From NCBI RefSeq assembly GCF_037042905.1, contig NC_087250.1:3908001-3972000 (forward strand): a stretch of DNA of 64,000 bases, read 5' to 3'. Every line of letters starts with the position of its first letter. Positions within the stretch are counted from its first letter, which is position 1. Below the pieces are notes generated by a model. It was not told the DNA's origin. It made no database searches and saw nothing but the letters and a program-made list of their open reading frames with translations. The position numbers and the translations under genes are program-made. This document shows, piece after piece, positions 15,001-27,438 of the stretch. The DNA is from Lytechinus pictus. Its lineage: Eukaryota.

Positions 15001-16337
15001 GATATTTTCGGCAATGCACCCCCACCTTTCGGGGCACCGTAGACCCCGTCCTCCTTTTCTGTGCACCAATGTTCACCCCTAGATCGATGGAATGATTAAT
15101 GAAGATCAATTTGGTTCATTTTCAAGACATAAAAAGGTGATTTCGATTAGCGGCGAATTTATTACCAAACCAAAGTGGAATAGTTGGAATACACGTACAT
15201 AATATATAGCACGCCATAACAGCTCGCGCGATATTTTCGGCAATGCACCCCCACCTTTCGGGGCACCGTAGACCCCGTCCTCCTTTTCTGTGCACCAATG
15301 TTCACCCCTAGATCGATGGAATGATTAATGAAGATCAATTTGGTTCATTTTCAAGACATAAAAAGGTGATTTCGATTAGCGGCGAATTTATTACCAAACC
15401 AAAGTGGAATAGTTGGAATACACGTACATAATATATAGCACGCCATAACAGCTCGCGCGATATTTTCGGCAATGCACCCCCACCTTTCGGGGCACCGTAG
15501 ACCCCGTCCTCCTTTTCTGTGCACCAATGTTCACCCCTAGATCGATGGAATGATTAATGAAGATCAATTTGGTTCATTTTCAAGACATAAAAAGGTGATT
15601 TCGATTAGCGGCGAATTTATTACCAAACCAAAGTGGAATAGTTGGAATACACGTACATAATATATAGCACGCCATAACAGCTCGCGCGATATTTTCGGCA
15701 ATGCACCCCCACCTTTCGGGGCACCGTAGACCCCGTCCTCCTTTTCTGTGCACCAATGTTCACCCCTAGATCGATGGAATGATTAATGAAGATCAATTTG
15801 GTTCATTTTCAAGACATAAAAAGGTGATTTCGATTAGCGGCGAATTTATTACCAAACCAAAGTGGAATAGTTGGAATACACGTACATAATATATAGCACG
15901 CCATAACAGCTCGCGCGATATTTTCGGCAATGCACCCCCACCTTTCGGGGCACCGTAGACCCCGTCCTCCTTTTCTGTGCACCAATGTTCACCCCTAGAT
16001 CGATGGAATGATTAATGAAGATCAATTTGGTTCATTTTCAAGACATAAAAAGGTGATTTCGATTAGCGGCGAATTTATTACCAAACCAAAGTGGAATAGT
16101 TGGAATACACGTACATAATATATAGCACGCCATAACAGCTCGCGCGATATTTTCGGCAATGCACCCCCACCTTTCGGGGCACCGTAGACCCCGTCCTCCT
16201 TTTCTGTGCACCAATGTTCACCCCTAGATCGATGGAATGATTAATGAAGATCAATTTGGTTCATTTTCAAGACATAAAAAGGTGATTTCGATTAGCGGCG
16301 AATTTATTACCAAACCAAAGTGGAATTGTTGGAATAC
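1..16337. repeat. Homogeneous tandem satellite, ~72 monomers of types A (229 bp), B (208 bp) and C (238 bp), with a 1350-bp AABCBC higher-order repeat; truncated by the window start
   Basis: Monomer start TTCAAGACATAAAAAGG recurs at 1, 230, 438, 676, 884, 1122 and onward. C has GCCCCCGGCC replacing one A (+9 bp); B lacks 21 bp. Identical ORF-track entries at 1788, 3138, 4488 and 5838 are 1350 bp apart. Confidence 0.98.
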
Positions 16338-17038
16338 AAATATCAAATTCATCATCTGAAATAGTAAAATAGCCCTAATTCTTCCGCCACATTAAAACAT
16401 AGTTTTAAAGTCATTGATGTATCTTCCAATTAGGGCAAAGGAAGTTCAGTAGTTACCATTTCTAGAATCAGTGTTAGATTTGTAACCATATTCATACACT
16501 TTTGTCAATCAGGAATATCAAATTATAGAAAATCGAATGGGTTGGGTCGAACGAATATCTTTTGCACCCTGCTGTAATTAGTCTCATGACATCCGTATGA
16601 AGCGCTATATAAAGCGGATTATTGAATTTTAATTATTGTTACTGTTATTATTATTCTTATATATTTCCCTCCAATTTCGTTAATATATCAACCGATTTAA
16701 TGATGTAATAATGCACATCAACTAATTTGAATGCCCTATGAGATCATCATTTCAATAGCCAAATTCAATTCAATTTTCTTGGCATTCGATTTCATGGGTA
16801 TCTCGTTTAAACATGTATAAAGAATTAACGATCAAATTAAAATAGCTGAAGAAATGTTTTCAAATTTGCATCTGTACCCTCCTTGCGATCGTCTATGAAT
16901 TAAAAAATAACTTAAAGTAAATTGATCATCATTAATCTCTTTATCGATCTAGGGGTGAACATTGGTGCACAGAAAAAGGGAACAGGGTCTAAGATGCCCC
17001 CAAACGTATGGAATGCATATCACGTGCTATGTATATTT

Positions 17039-17830
17039 CAGTGCCGCACCGTGGGTCACGGCACTAGGGGGGGGGGACCCGCAAAAAAATTCGAGTCACA
17101 TAGTGAGCGCGCGAAGCGCGCTCAGTTGCCAGATATACTGACCTAATAGAGGTATTTTAAGGACAGTGCCATTAAAGGGATATATATATTTCAGTGATCA
17201 AATAATCCAAGCGTGAAGCGCAAGCTGAAATTTTTTTATATTCAGACCAAAAATTAGACATAATAAGCCAATTTTTGTAGTCATGATACGTACCTGTCTC
17301 GCTAAACAAATCTATGCGAGCGTAAAGCGCGACCTGTAATTTTTGTATATAATCATTAACCCCAAACAGGGATATTTTAAAAACTACATTTTAGTAATCC
17401 ATTAAGGGTATACATGTCTGACCATAGTCATCTAATGCGATTGCCAAGTGCTTGCTGATTTTGTTAAAATTACATCCAAGCACAGAAGCACTTGTAGTCA
17501 TTGTAATCATGACAAACGCATCTCACTAATCAAATATTGCGAGCGCGAAGCGCGAGCTGGATTTTTAGGAAATTCAGACCTGCAGAGGGGAATTTAAGGC
17601 TTGTTTGTAGGAATTCACGAAGACCATATGTATTTCACTAACCACAGAATGCGAGCACGAAGCGCAAGCTAAAAATGTTTGATATTCAGATCAGAAAGCA
17701 TTTTAAGGACTGATTCGCGGATTTCATGAAGAGCAGACATATCTCACTAATCCACTTATGTGAACGTAAGCACGAACAGGAAATATTATGTATGAAGAAC
17801 TTATAATGAGACAATCACTTTAAGAAGTCA
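17039..17830. mobile_element. Non-autonomous DNA transposon fragment with periodic GCGAGCGCGAAGCGCGAGC-type motifs
   Basis: Begins CAGTGCCG followed by a G-run. Internal motifs recur every ~105-120 bp and resemble those inside 19131-20485. A possible partner end CGGCACTG lies at ~18506-18513; no target-site duplication (TSD) confirmed. Confidence 0.55.
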
Positions 17831-18101
17831 TCGAAATCACCATTTTATGTCTTGAAAATCCACCAAATTAATCTTTATAAATCAATTTTATCGATCTAGG
17901 CGAACATTGGTGAACAGAAAAGGGGGACGGGGTCTAAGATGGCCCGAAACGTAGGGGTATATCTACGAAAATATAGCTATTATGTTACGTGTATTCCAAC
18001 AATTCCACTTTGGTTTGGTAATAAATTTGCCGCTAATCGAAATCACCATTTGATGTCTTGAAAATCAACCAAATTGATCTTTATAAATCACTCCATCGAT
18101 C

Positions 18102-18332
18102 CACTAGCGTACCTACGGGAGGGGGGGGGGGGGGTGGGCAGGGGGGCACTCTGCCGCCCCTGACGAGTCACAACCCATGCAAAGTACGTATCCCTGTCCC
18201 CCTGACAAGCTTGAAAGACTTTTTTTGCCCCCCGGCCTGACGAGCTTGAAGACCCTTTTTTTATTTGCTTGTAAAATTTTTGGGCGGACGGTTTTACCCC
18301 CCCCCCTGTGGAAAATCCTAGGTACGCCACTA
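18102..18332. mobile_element. hAT-like MITE inserted in a satellite monomer
   Basis: 8-bp TSD CATCGATC at 18094-18101 and 18333-18340; imperfect terminal inverted repeats (TIRs) CACTAGCGTACCTA / TAGGTACGCCACTA. Confidence 0.8.
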
Positions 18333-18640
18333 CATCGATCTAGGGATGAACATGACGAGCCACAGCACATGCAAAGGACGTATCCCTCCCCCCCCCCTTG
18401 TATGTAATATACCATAATTATGACATAATATTACCTTATAATGAACAAGAGTTTCTTATTTCCAACTGCGTTCCTCTTCCTTCCCCCCCCCCCCCCCCGT
18501 AGTTACGGCACTGATTCCAACTATTTTACTTTGGTTGGGGCTCGTAATAAATTCGCCGCTAGTCAAAATCAACTTTTCATGTCTTGAAAATCAACCAAAT
18601 TGATCTTCATCAATCTCTTCATCGATCTAGGGGTGGACAT

Positions 18641-21440
18641 AATTCTACCTTATTTTTTTCTCATCAGAATCCACAAACTTTAGTTGATGTTATTAATTCT
18701 GAACTTATTAATGTTACTGAATGGATAAGAGCCAATCGATTATTTTTTAACCTTAACAAAATAAAATACATGTTATTTAGTAATTCCATAGACAAGTTAC
18801 CGATGAACATCATGTTTGATAATACCCCATTGGAAATGGTACCTTACACCAAATTTCTTGGAATAACAGTTGACAGTAAACTTTCTTGGAAAATTCATAT
18901 TGAAAATATATCCAAACTAATTTCATGAAATATTGGTATTATTAATAGGCTAAAATTTTGCATTCCCTCCACATCATTAATCATGCTCTACTGATCCTTA
19001 ATCTTGCCTTATTTAAACTATGGGATTCTTATTGGGGGATGATACCCATCAATATTTATTAGATAAATTGTTGCTTTTGCAAAAGAAAGCACGTATTATT
19101 TATAGTACATGTTTCCGTTCTCATACGGACCAGTGGCATAGCTAGGATGTTTTTCCTGGGGGGGGGGGGGCACTGGGGGGTGGTCCTTGCTTTTTCAGGG
19201 GGGCACCGGCGATTTTTTTCCGGTGTGTGTGTGTGTGTATGTGTCACAAGGGCGGATCCGACTTTCGCCAATAGGGGACGGGGCCCGAAATTATCTTTAC
19301 CTATATTTTCCCCCGATTAGTCACTTCTTAGTTTTATTCTTATAAAACAACATAAACATGAAATAATCTCATACGCCTTATAAAAAGTGCGAGCGCGAAG
19401 CGCGAGGCGATTTTTTTTTTGCTTTCATGTATTTTGTCCTGAAAATTTAATATTCTGGGCAATGTTATGTGTGATCCTGAACAAGATTCGTATGTAACTA
19501 GATGGTTACTGCGAACGCCAAGTACGAGCAGAAATTTGTATTAACTGTTCTAGCATTATCGAAAAGGGACCTGTTAAGGACTGCTTACAGTTACCCACGA
19601 AGACGGTATATATTTTTTTGACATTCCGACCTAAAAATTGTCATTCTAAGCACTTTTTGTATTAATAAGTGGGATAGGTATGTAACTAAACAATTGATGC
19701 GAGCGCGAAGCGCGAGAGGAAAAAAAAGAGATTTTATAGACCTAAAAGCAGGACACTCTATTCATATTTTGTAATCATAAATAGGATGTAGTTAATTGGG
19801 TATCATTAATAATGCGATCGTGAAGCGTGAGCAAACAATTATTGTTATTCTGATGTGAAACTGGATAATTTAAGTACTGACATTTTAAATAAAGAACATG
19901 CATGCTATCGCGCATGTTTTAGATTTAGACCTAGAATCTGGGCATTCTGAACATATTTATTTAATGGAACATAATGGAATACACGTAGACAATATGAACT
20001 TGGCAAATCAAACAATGTGACCACGCAGCGTGAGCTTAAAAATTATGTAGACCATAAAACGGACATTTTACAGAGCACTTAAATTTGTAAATGAAGAAAA
20101 TAATGAAAGCTCGGTGTCCGAGCTAAAATTTGATTTGTATATTGACTTCAAAACTAGCTCCATATCAGCCTATTGAGCAAGATATGAATCTCATCGAACA
20201 GGCAATTCTGGCGCGAAGTGCTAGCAAAATAAATATTTAGTAACATGAAAGATTTTTTTTTGCAAGTCTTCCCCTCACATTATTTCATTCACTCGTCTTC
20301 CTCCTCTTATTTTCCTCTTCTTCTTTTTTCTTCAGTCTTTCTTCTTCTTTTCCTTTTTCTTTTCTTCTTTTCTTCTTTCTCCTTTTTTTTTTTGCTCTGC
20401 CAATTTTTTTTTTCTGGGGGGAACACCAAATCTCAGGGGGGGGCACGTGCCCCCAGGCACCCCCCCCCCCGTAGCTACGCCACTGATACGGACCCACTTT
20501 TTCTAGAAAGTAAACTGCTGAAAGTCAAAGACCTGTATTTACTACAGTTAGGGCACTTCATGTATAGTTATAATAATAATGCACTTCCCCATATTTTTGA
20601 TGCCATGTTCCCTTAATATCAATTTTATCATAACTACCCCACGAGACACTCTGACGAACTTCACATTCCACTTTACAGAACTTTACTGGCCAAAAATACA
20701 TTCCTATTCAACGGTCCTAAATTCTGGAACTCACTCGCTAATAATGTTAAAGACAGTGTCTCCTTAAATTCATTCAAACGCAAACTCAAACTTATTCTGC
20801 TTAATTCCCTATAATTCTTCGCAACGGAACTAACACTTCATTATCTTGATTATAATCCTTACATTTTTCACTTTTATTGTTTTATCTTTTTTCATCTGAT
20901 ATTGTCCAGTTATATCATCTTTTGTTATTTCACCAGATCAAGCTGGTTCATGGTCAGCCCTTTCCCATTCGTAGTTTTACTACTTTTTAAAAAATAGTTG
21001 TTTTGTACTGTCCTGTCTCTTGTTTTGTCTTGTCTTCTATGTCTTGTCATCCCCTCTCTCTGTTTTTTTTTCTTCTGTCTTGCGCAACATATCCTTTACA
21101 ACGAAGACCTCTTTGTGTGAAAAGCTTTGCATTTGTTCAGTAATTATGTTTCCATCAATATGATTTCTTTTTTCTCTGTTTCTTTCCTGTAATACATGCA
21201 TGTACGCATATAATAGGTCGACTATAATTTCTTCATTTCCAAGGGGATCCACACTTAGATCCCCTTAGTAGATCCCCTCATTTCCATTTATGCTCGATAT
21301 TATACTGTTTTGTTGTTGTCTGTTTTACGAAGTAAGAATGCCCTTCTGTAAAATTGTATTTGATTTGTATTGCTTAATATTACTTTGTATTATGTTTTGA
21401 ATGGAAATGAAATAAAAGAATTGAAATGAATTGAAATAGA
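18641..21440 (+). mobile_element. 5'-truncated, degenerate CR1/L2-group LINE (C-terminal RT region plus 3' UTR), split by a hAT element
   Basis: Translation includes WIRANRLFFNLNKIKYMLF and TKFLGITVDSKLSWKIHIE, with stops. AATAAA and a (TTGAAA)n-like tail at ~21400-21440. The satellite breaks at GGACAT (18640) and resumes at TGGTGAACAG (21441). Confidence 0.85.
19131..20485. mobile_element. Non-autonomous hAT-like DNA transposon nested in the LINE
   Basis: TIRs CAGTGGCATAGCTA / TAGCTACGCCACTG (13/14 match); perfect 8-bp TSD ATACGGAC at 19123-19130 and 20486-20493. Confidence 0.9.
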
Positions 21441-24401
21441 TGGTGAACAGTAAAGGGGGACGGGGTCCAAGATCCCCAAAGTTAGGGGGTGCATCGACGT
21501 AAAAAACATGTGCTATGTACGTGTATTCCAACTATTTTACTTCGGTGGCGGCTGGTAATAAATTCGCCGCTAATCGAAATCACCATTTTATGTCTTGAAA
21601 ATCCACCTAATTGATCTTTATAAATCACTCCATATCGATCTAGGGGTAAACATTGGTGCACAGAAAAGAGGGACGGGGTCTAAGATGGCCCGAAAGGTAG
21701 GGGGTGCATCGAAGAAAATATAGCTATTATGTTACGTGTATTCGAACAATTCCACTTTGGTTTGGTAATAAATTCGCCGCTAATCGAAATCACCATGTTA
21801 TGTCTTGAAAATCCACCAAATTGATCTTTATAAATTACTTCATCGATCTAGGGGTGAACATTGGTGCACAGAAAAGGGGGACGGGGTCTACGATGGCCCG
21901 AAACGTAGAAGGTGCATCGACGAAAATATAGCTATTATGTTACGTGAATTCCAACTATTTTACTATTTTACAACTATTTTAAAGGGGGACGGGGTCTCCG
22001 ATGCCCCGAGAGGTGGGGGGGGGTGCGTCGACCAAAAACCTAGCGCGTGCTATGTGGATTCCAACAATTCCACTTTGGTTTGGAAATAAATTCGCCGCTA
22101 ATCGAAATCACCATTTTTATGTCTTGAAAATGAACCAAATTGATCTTCATTAATCATTCCATCGATCTAGGGGTGAACATTGGTACACACAAAAGGGGGA
22201 CGGGGTCTACGATGCCCCGAAAGGTGGGGGTGCATTGACGAAAATACGGCGCCTGCTATTATGGCGTGCTATATTATGTACGTGTATTCCAACTATTCCA
22301 CTTTGGTGGCCGGGGGCTGGTAATAAATTCGCCGCTAATCGAAATCCCCTTTTTATGTCTTGAAAATCAGCGAAATTGATCTTTATTAGTCATTCCATCG
22401 ATTTAGGGGTGAACATTGGTGCACAGAAAAGGGGGACGGGGTCTACGATGCCCCGAAAGGTCGGGGTGCATTGCCGAAAATATCGCGCGAGCTGTTATGG
22501 CGTGCTATATATTATGTACGTGTATTCCAACTATTCCACTTTGGTCTGGTAATAAATTCGCCGCTAATCGAAATCACCTTTTTATGTCTTGAAAATCAAC
22601 CAAATTGATCTTTATTAGTCATGACATCGATTTAGGGGTGAACATTGGTGCACAGAAAAGTGGGACGGGGTCTACGATGCCCCGAAAGGTAGGGGGTGCA
22701 TGGACGAAAATGCTATGTATTATATACGTGTATTCCAACAATTCCACTTTGGTTTGGTAATAAATTCGCCGCTAATCGAAACCACCTTTTTATGTCCTGA
22801 AAATGAATCAAATCGATCTTCATTAATCACTCCATCGATCTAATATATAGGGGTGAACATTGGTGCACAGAAAAGGGGGACGGGGTCTACGATGCCCCGA
22901 AAGGTGGGGGTGCATTGACGAAAATACGGCGCCTGCTATTATGGCGTGCTATATTATGTACGTGTATTCCAACTATTCCACTTTGGTGGCCGGGGGCTGG
23001 TAATAAATTCGCCGCTAATCGAAATCACCTTTTTATGTCTTGAAAATGAACCAAATTGATCTTCATTAATCACTCCATCGATCTAGGGGTGAACATTGGT
23101 GCACAGAAAAGGAAAACGGGGTCTACGGTGCCCCGAAAGGTGGGGGTGCATTGACGAAAATACGGCGCCTGTTATTATGGCGTGCTATATTATGTACGTG
23201 TATTCCAACAATTCCACTTTGGTCTGGTAATAAATTCGCCGCTAATCGAAATCACCTTTTTATGTCTTGAAAATCAACCAAATTGATCTTTATTAGTCAT
23301 TTCATCGATTTAGGGGTGAACATTGGTGCACAGAAAAGGGGGACAGGGTCTACGATGCCCCGAAAGGTAGGGGGTGCATGGACGAAAATGATATGTATTA
23401 TATACGTGTATTCCAACAATTCCACTTTGGTTTGGTAATAAATTCGCCGCTAATCGAAATCACCTTTTTATGTCTTGAAAATGAACCAAATTGAAATTCA
23501 TTAATCACTCCATCGATCTAGGGGTGAACATTGGTGCACTGAAAAGGGGGACGGGGTCTACGGTGCCCCGAAAGGTCGGGGTGCATTGCCGAAAATATCG
23601 CGCGAGCTGTTATGGCGTGCTATATATTATTATGTACGTGTATTCCAACGTACAATTCCACTTTGGTCTGGTAATAATTCGCCGCTAATCGAAATCACCT
23701 TTTTATGTCTTGAAAATCAACCAAATTGATCTTTATTAATCACTTCATTGATTTAGGGGTGAACATTGGTGCAGAGAAAAGGGGGACGGGGTCTACGATG
23801 CCCCGAAAGGTAGGGGGTGCATGGACGAAAATATAGCGCGTGCTATGTGTTATATAGTGTATTCCAACAATTCCACTTTGGTCTGGTAATAAATTCGCCG
23901 CTAATCGAAATCACCATTTTATGTCTTGAAAATCAACCAAATTTATCTTTATTAGTCATTCCATCGATTTAGGGGTGAACATTGTAGCACAGACAAGGGG
24001 GACGGGGTCTACGATGCCCCGAAAGGTAGGGGGTACATGGACGAAAATATAGAGCGTGCTATGTGTTATATACGTGTATTCCAACAATTCCACTTTGGTC
24101 TGGTAATAAATTCGCCGCTAATCGAAATCACCATTTTATGTCTTGAAAATCAACCAAATAGATCTTTATTAATCACTTCCTCGATTTAGGGGTGAACTTT
24201 AAATGGCTCACAAAAAAAGGGACGGCGTCTAAGATGCCCCGAAACCGACGCAGGTAGTGCATCAAAGTTGTAATTTTTACTGAGAATTTAATGTGGTCAT
24301 CTACCCCCCCCCCCCCTGTTCCAAGGCCCATGTGAGAGACACTGATCCTTCATATAAAATTAATTAACAGATGCATTTTATTTAGGGAACAAGCAAAACT
24401 A

Positions 24402-25886
24402 CAGTGCGTCCCAAAAAAAAACTATACACTTTTGAAATGGCTGCCAAATAAAAAATGTAGCACTTTGGGGGAAAAGACTTATAGATATGGAAAGCCAATA
24501 AAGTCAACTTTCAAATGACACCAAAAAGTTGGAAAACTATTCATGCTTGAGCGAGCACTGCCCACTGAAACAAAGGGTATGAAAATTAGGGTGGGCCGGA
24601 ATTAGCCTTCCAATTTCTTTCAGGTTTTTGTGTTTGGTACTTGCAAAGTTGAGGGTTATTTGGTGAATTAAAGATCAGATGTGATCAGTTTGTTGTTTGT
24701 GAAAATTTCATGAGTTACTAAATTGAAATGTAATGCATGAGTGAACAGGAATTGTAATTTTAGTGTAGCATATTCATCTTGTGGACGGTGTGGACCTCAG
24801 AAGTGTGTTCGTGAGAGTCAGAGTAATGTGATGGTACCTGTTACAAGCAAGAGTGAGGGCGAGATATGCTAAGACTTGGTTAAAAGGGCATTCCTCTTCT
24901 TTTTGTCCTTTTACAAATTAAAAGTCATATGTACCCTCCCCTCTCCATCTCCCAGCCCCCCCCCCCCTCTCTCTCTCACTTCCTGGATTGTAGCCTATAT
25001 TCAAAACTTAACTGCCAAGTGACCGGTGGCTGTTTTTTTTTATTGAATGAATACCAAGAAATTTAATTATTATGATGATTAATGAAGTAATTGATTGAAA
25101 AAAAAAATGAATGTTTGATTGATCACATTACACATTGAATGATATGATTTACTGATAAATTGTTGATTAAATGATTGATAGGAAAAAGTTGATGCCCCAA
25201 TTCAGAATTAATCATTAAATCAACATTCTGCTCTGGACTTCACGCGTACATGACAATAGCCATCAGTCTCTCAACAGGAGGGGAGGGCGGGAAAGAGGGA
25301 GGGGGCGGGGGATGAATGTTCTGTTGACCCTTATTCCATCAACCTACTTCTCCCACTTAAGTCCTATCTCCCGACTCCCATGAACACATGAACACCATGA
25401 ACACATTGCTGAGATCCACATGATAAAGTTGAAATGCTGCCCAAAAAGAGATCCAAATGATAAAGTTGAAATGCTGCCCAAAAAGAGATCCAAATGATAA
25501 AGTTGAAATGCTGCCCAAAAAGTGTAATTTATGTTCACTCATGCATTAAAGTTCAATTTAATAATTAAAAAAATTGCTTAAGTAACCAAAACTGGTAACG
25601 GTTGATCATTAATTTATCACAACGCCCTTAACTTTGCAAGTTCGAAAGTATTTGCCTCTCAAAAACTGACATACATTGGAAGGCTAATTCCAGCCCACCC
25701 TAATTTTCATACCCTTTGTTTCAGTGGGCAGTGCTCGCTCATGCATGAATATTTTTCCAACTTTTTGGTGTCATTTGAAAGTTGACTTTATTGGCTTTCC
25801 ATATATGTAAGTCTTTTTCCCCAAAGTGCTACATTTTTTATTTGGCAGCCATTTCAAAAGTGTATAGTTTTTTTTGGGACGCACTG
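24402..25886. mobile_element. Non-autonomous Tc1/mariner-type element with long TIRs
   Basis: TA|CAGTGCGTCCCAAAA ... TTTTGGGACGCACTG|TA; near-perfect TIRs of ~210 bp, extending imperfectly to ~350 bp; no transposase ORF. Confidence 0.9.
25411..25521. repeat. 37-bp tandem repeat x3 inside the Tc1-like element
   Basis: GAGATCCAAATGATAAAGTTGAAATGCTGCCCAAAAA at 25411, 25448 and 25485. Confidence 0.9.
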
Positions 25887-26971
25887 TATATTGATACACA
25901 TAGGAAACTCAGAAGACATAAAATGGTTGTATACTCCGTGCTGGAAATAAGATAGTTATCAATAAGAGTTGAATTTACAAAAGAGAATCCGGAAGCAATC
26001 ATCAAACTCTGATACTGAATTTTGAAGTAAGCAGTATATTGTGAAAATAAAATGCACGCAGTCATAACTATCCATTTGAAGTGATCATGATGTCTTGTTC
26101 CAACTTTCGTTTGGCTTATAAAATGTTACGTGAAATCATTTTTTAATCATGTGATGTCTCTTATATTAAAATAATGTCCATAAATTAATGAAAAAATGCA
26201 TTAAATATTTTTGATACAATATTTTTAATTCTATAGGAGGAGGTAATTTGAATAATCACGAATTCATATGATTAAAAAAGTGGGAATATACAGGAGAGAT
26301 TACTTTTCTCCATTGAATGTTAAAGAAGAAATTTAAGGAATATAGAACTGGCCGAAATGCGGATCTTTAAAATATCATAACTCTATTATCCTTGTCCGAT
26401 ATTGTTAACATTTTACCTACTTTGTTTGATTCTTCTTGATCCGTGTTATTTTCAGCTGCACTCATGCCATATAGAAACATACTCCATTCAATTCTTTATG
26501 ATTATATTCAAATGTTATACAAATCAGTCATATACTAACATTTGAAGCAATCATAATGTGGAATGGTGCATTATGGAAGTTCCATATTTTCAATCATCTG
26601 TAAGTTCGGGTAACTATGCCTTTTTACTATACCATTTCCGTGCGCATTAAGACAATCTTCGAAACGTTTGAGAATTTAAGCTGTATTTAGGGTCTGCGAC
26701 TATTAGACTACGCACACGGTGTAGGGCGGTTTGTATCGCGATAGCTCTGTGCGCTGGGTTTGTGCGCTGGCTTGCTTCAATATATTCTGTGCGCTGGGTT
26801 TGTGCGCTGGCTTCAGCCTGGTAGGTCTGTTGACGTTGGCGCTATATCCATCGATTTCGATGATTTTCGCCAGGCTTGGTTTGAGAGCTTCGGCGTCGGA
26901 GCTTCCTGGAGTTAGGGCGCGGCGTACTGCTCCCTTCTTCATAATTATATGCCATCAGGTGGTAGTTATAA

Positions 26972-27438
26972 ATAAGTGGTGGGAACCACTTATAAGTGGT
27001 GGTAACGACTTATAAGTGGTGGGAACCACTTATAAGTGGTGGGAACGACTTATAAGTGGTGGGAACGACTTATAAGTGGTGGGAACGACTTATAAGTGGT
27101 GGGAACGACTTATAAGTGGTGGGAACGACTTATAATTAAGTGGTGGGAACGACTTATAAGTGGTGGGAACGACTTATAAGTGGTGGGAACCACTTATAAG
27201 TGGTGGGAACCACTTATAAGTGGTGGGAACGACTTATATAAGTGGTGGGAACCACTTATAAGTGGTGGGAACGACTTATAAGTGGTGGTAACGACTTATA
27301 AGTGGTGGGAACCACTTATAAGTGGTGGTAACGACTTATAAGTGGTGGGAACCACTTATAAGTGGTGGGAACCACTTATAAGTGGTGGGAACCACTTATA
27401 AGTGGTGGGAACGACTTATAGTGGTGGGAACGACTTAT
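26972..27438. repeat. 20-bp quasi-palindromic minisatellite, ~23 copies
   Basis: Unit ATAAGTGGTGGGAAC(C/G)ACTT repeated head to tail without spacers. Confidence 0.95.

Larger units (their letters stand above)
16921..24246 (-). repeat. Inverted, diverged copies of the same satellite, interrupted by transposons; continuous block 21441-24246
   Basis: Reverse complement of the monomer (ATCGATCTAGGGGTGAACATTGGTGCACAGAAAA; AATAAATTCGCCGCTAATCGAAATCACC) at ~16921-17038, ~17831-18101, ~18514-18640 and 21441-24246. Confidence 0.95.

Noticed and set aside
1..16337. Hammerhead ribozyme or CENP-B box in the satellite monomer
   Set aside because: No CTGANGA core on either strand by eye. TTCG-containing segments lack the A..CGGG positions of the CENP-B box. 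An Infernal/Rfam scan would be needed to exclude other RNA motifs.
26703..27015. Overlapping GC-rich ORFs of 79 and 94 aa
   Set aside because: No recognisable homology or splice context; they run through internal repeats and into the minisatellite.
26972..27438. CRISPR-like array
   Set aside because: Units abut with no unique spacers, there are no cas genes, and the context is eukaryotic.
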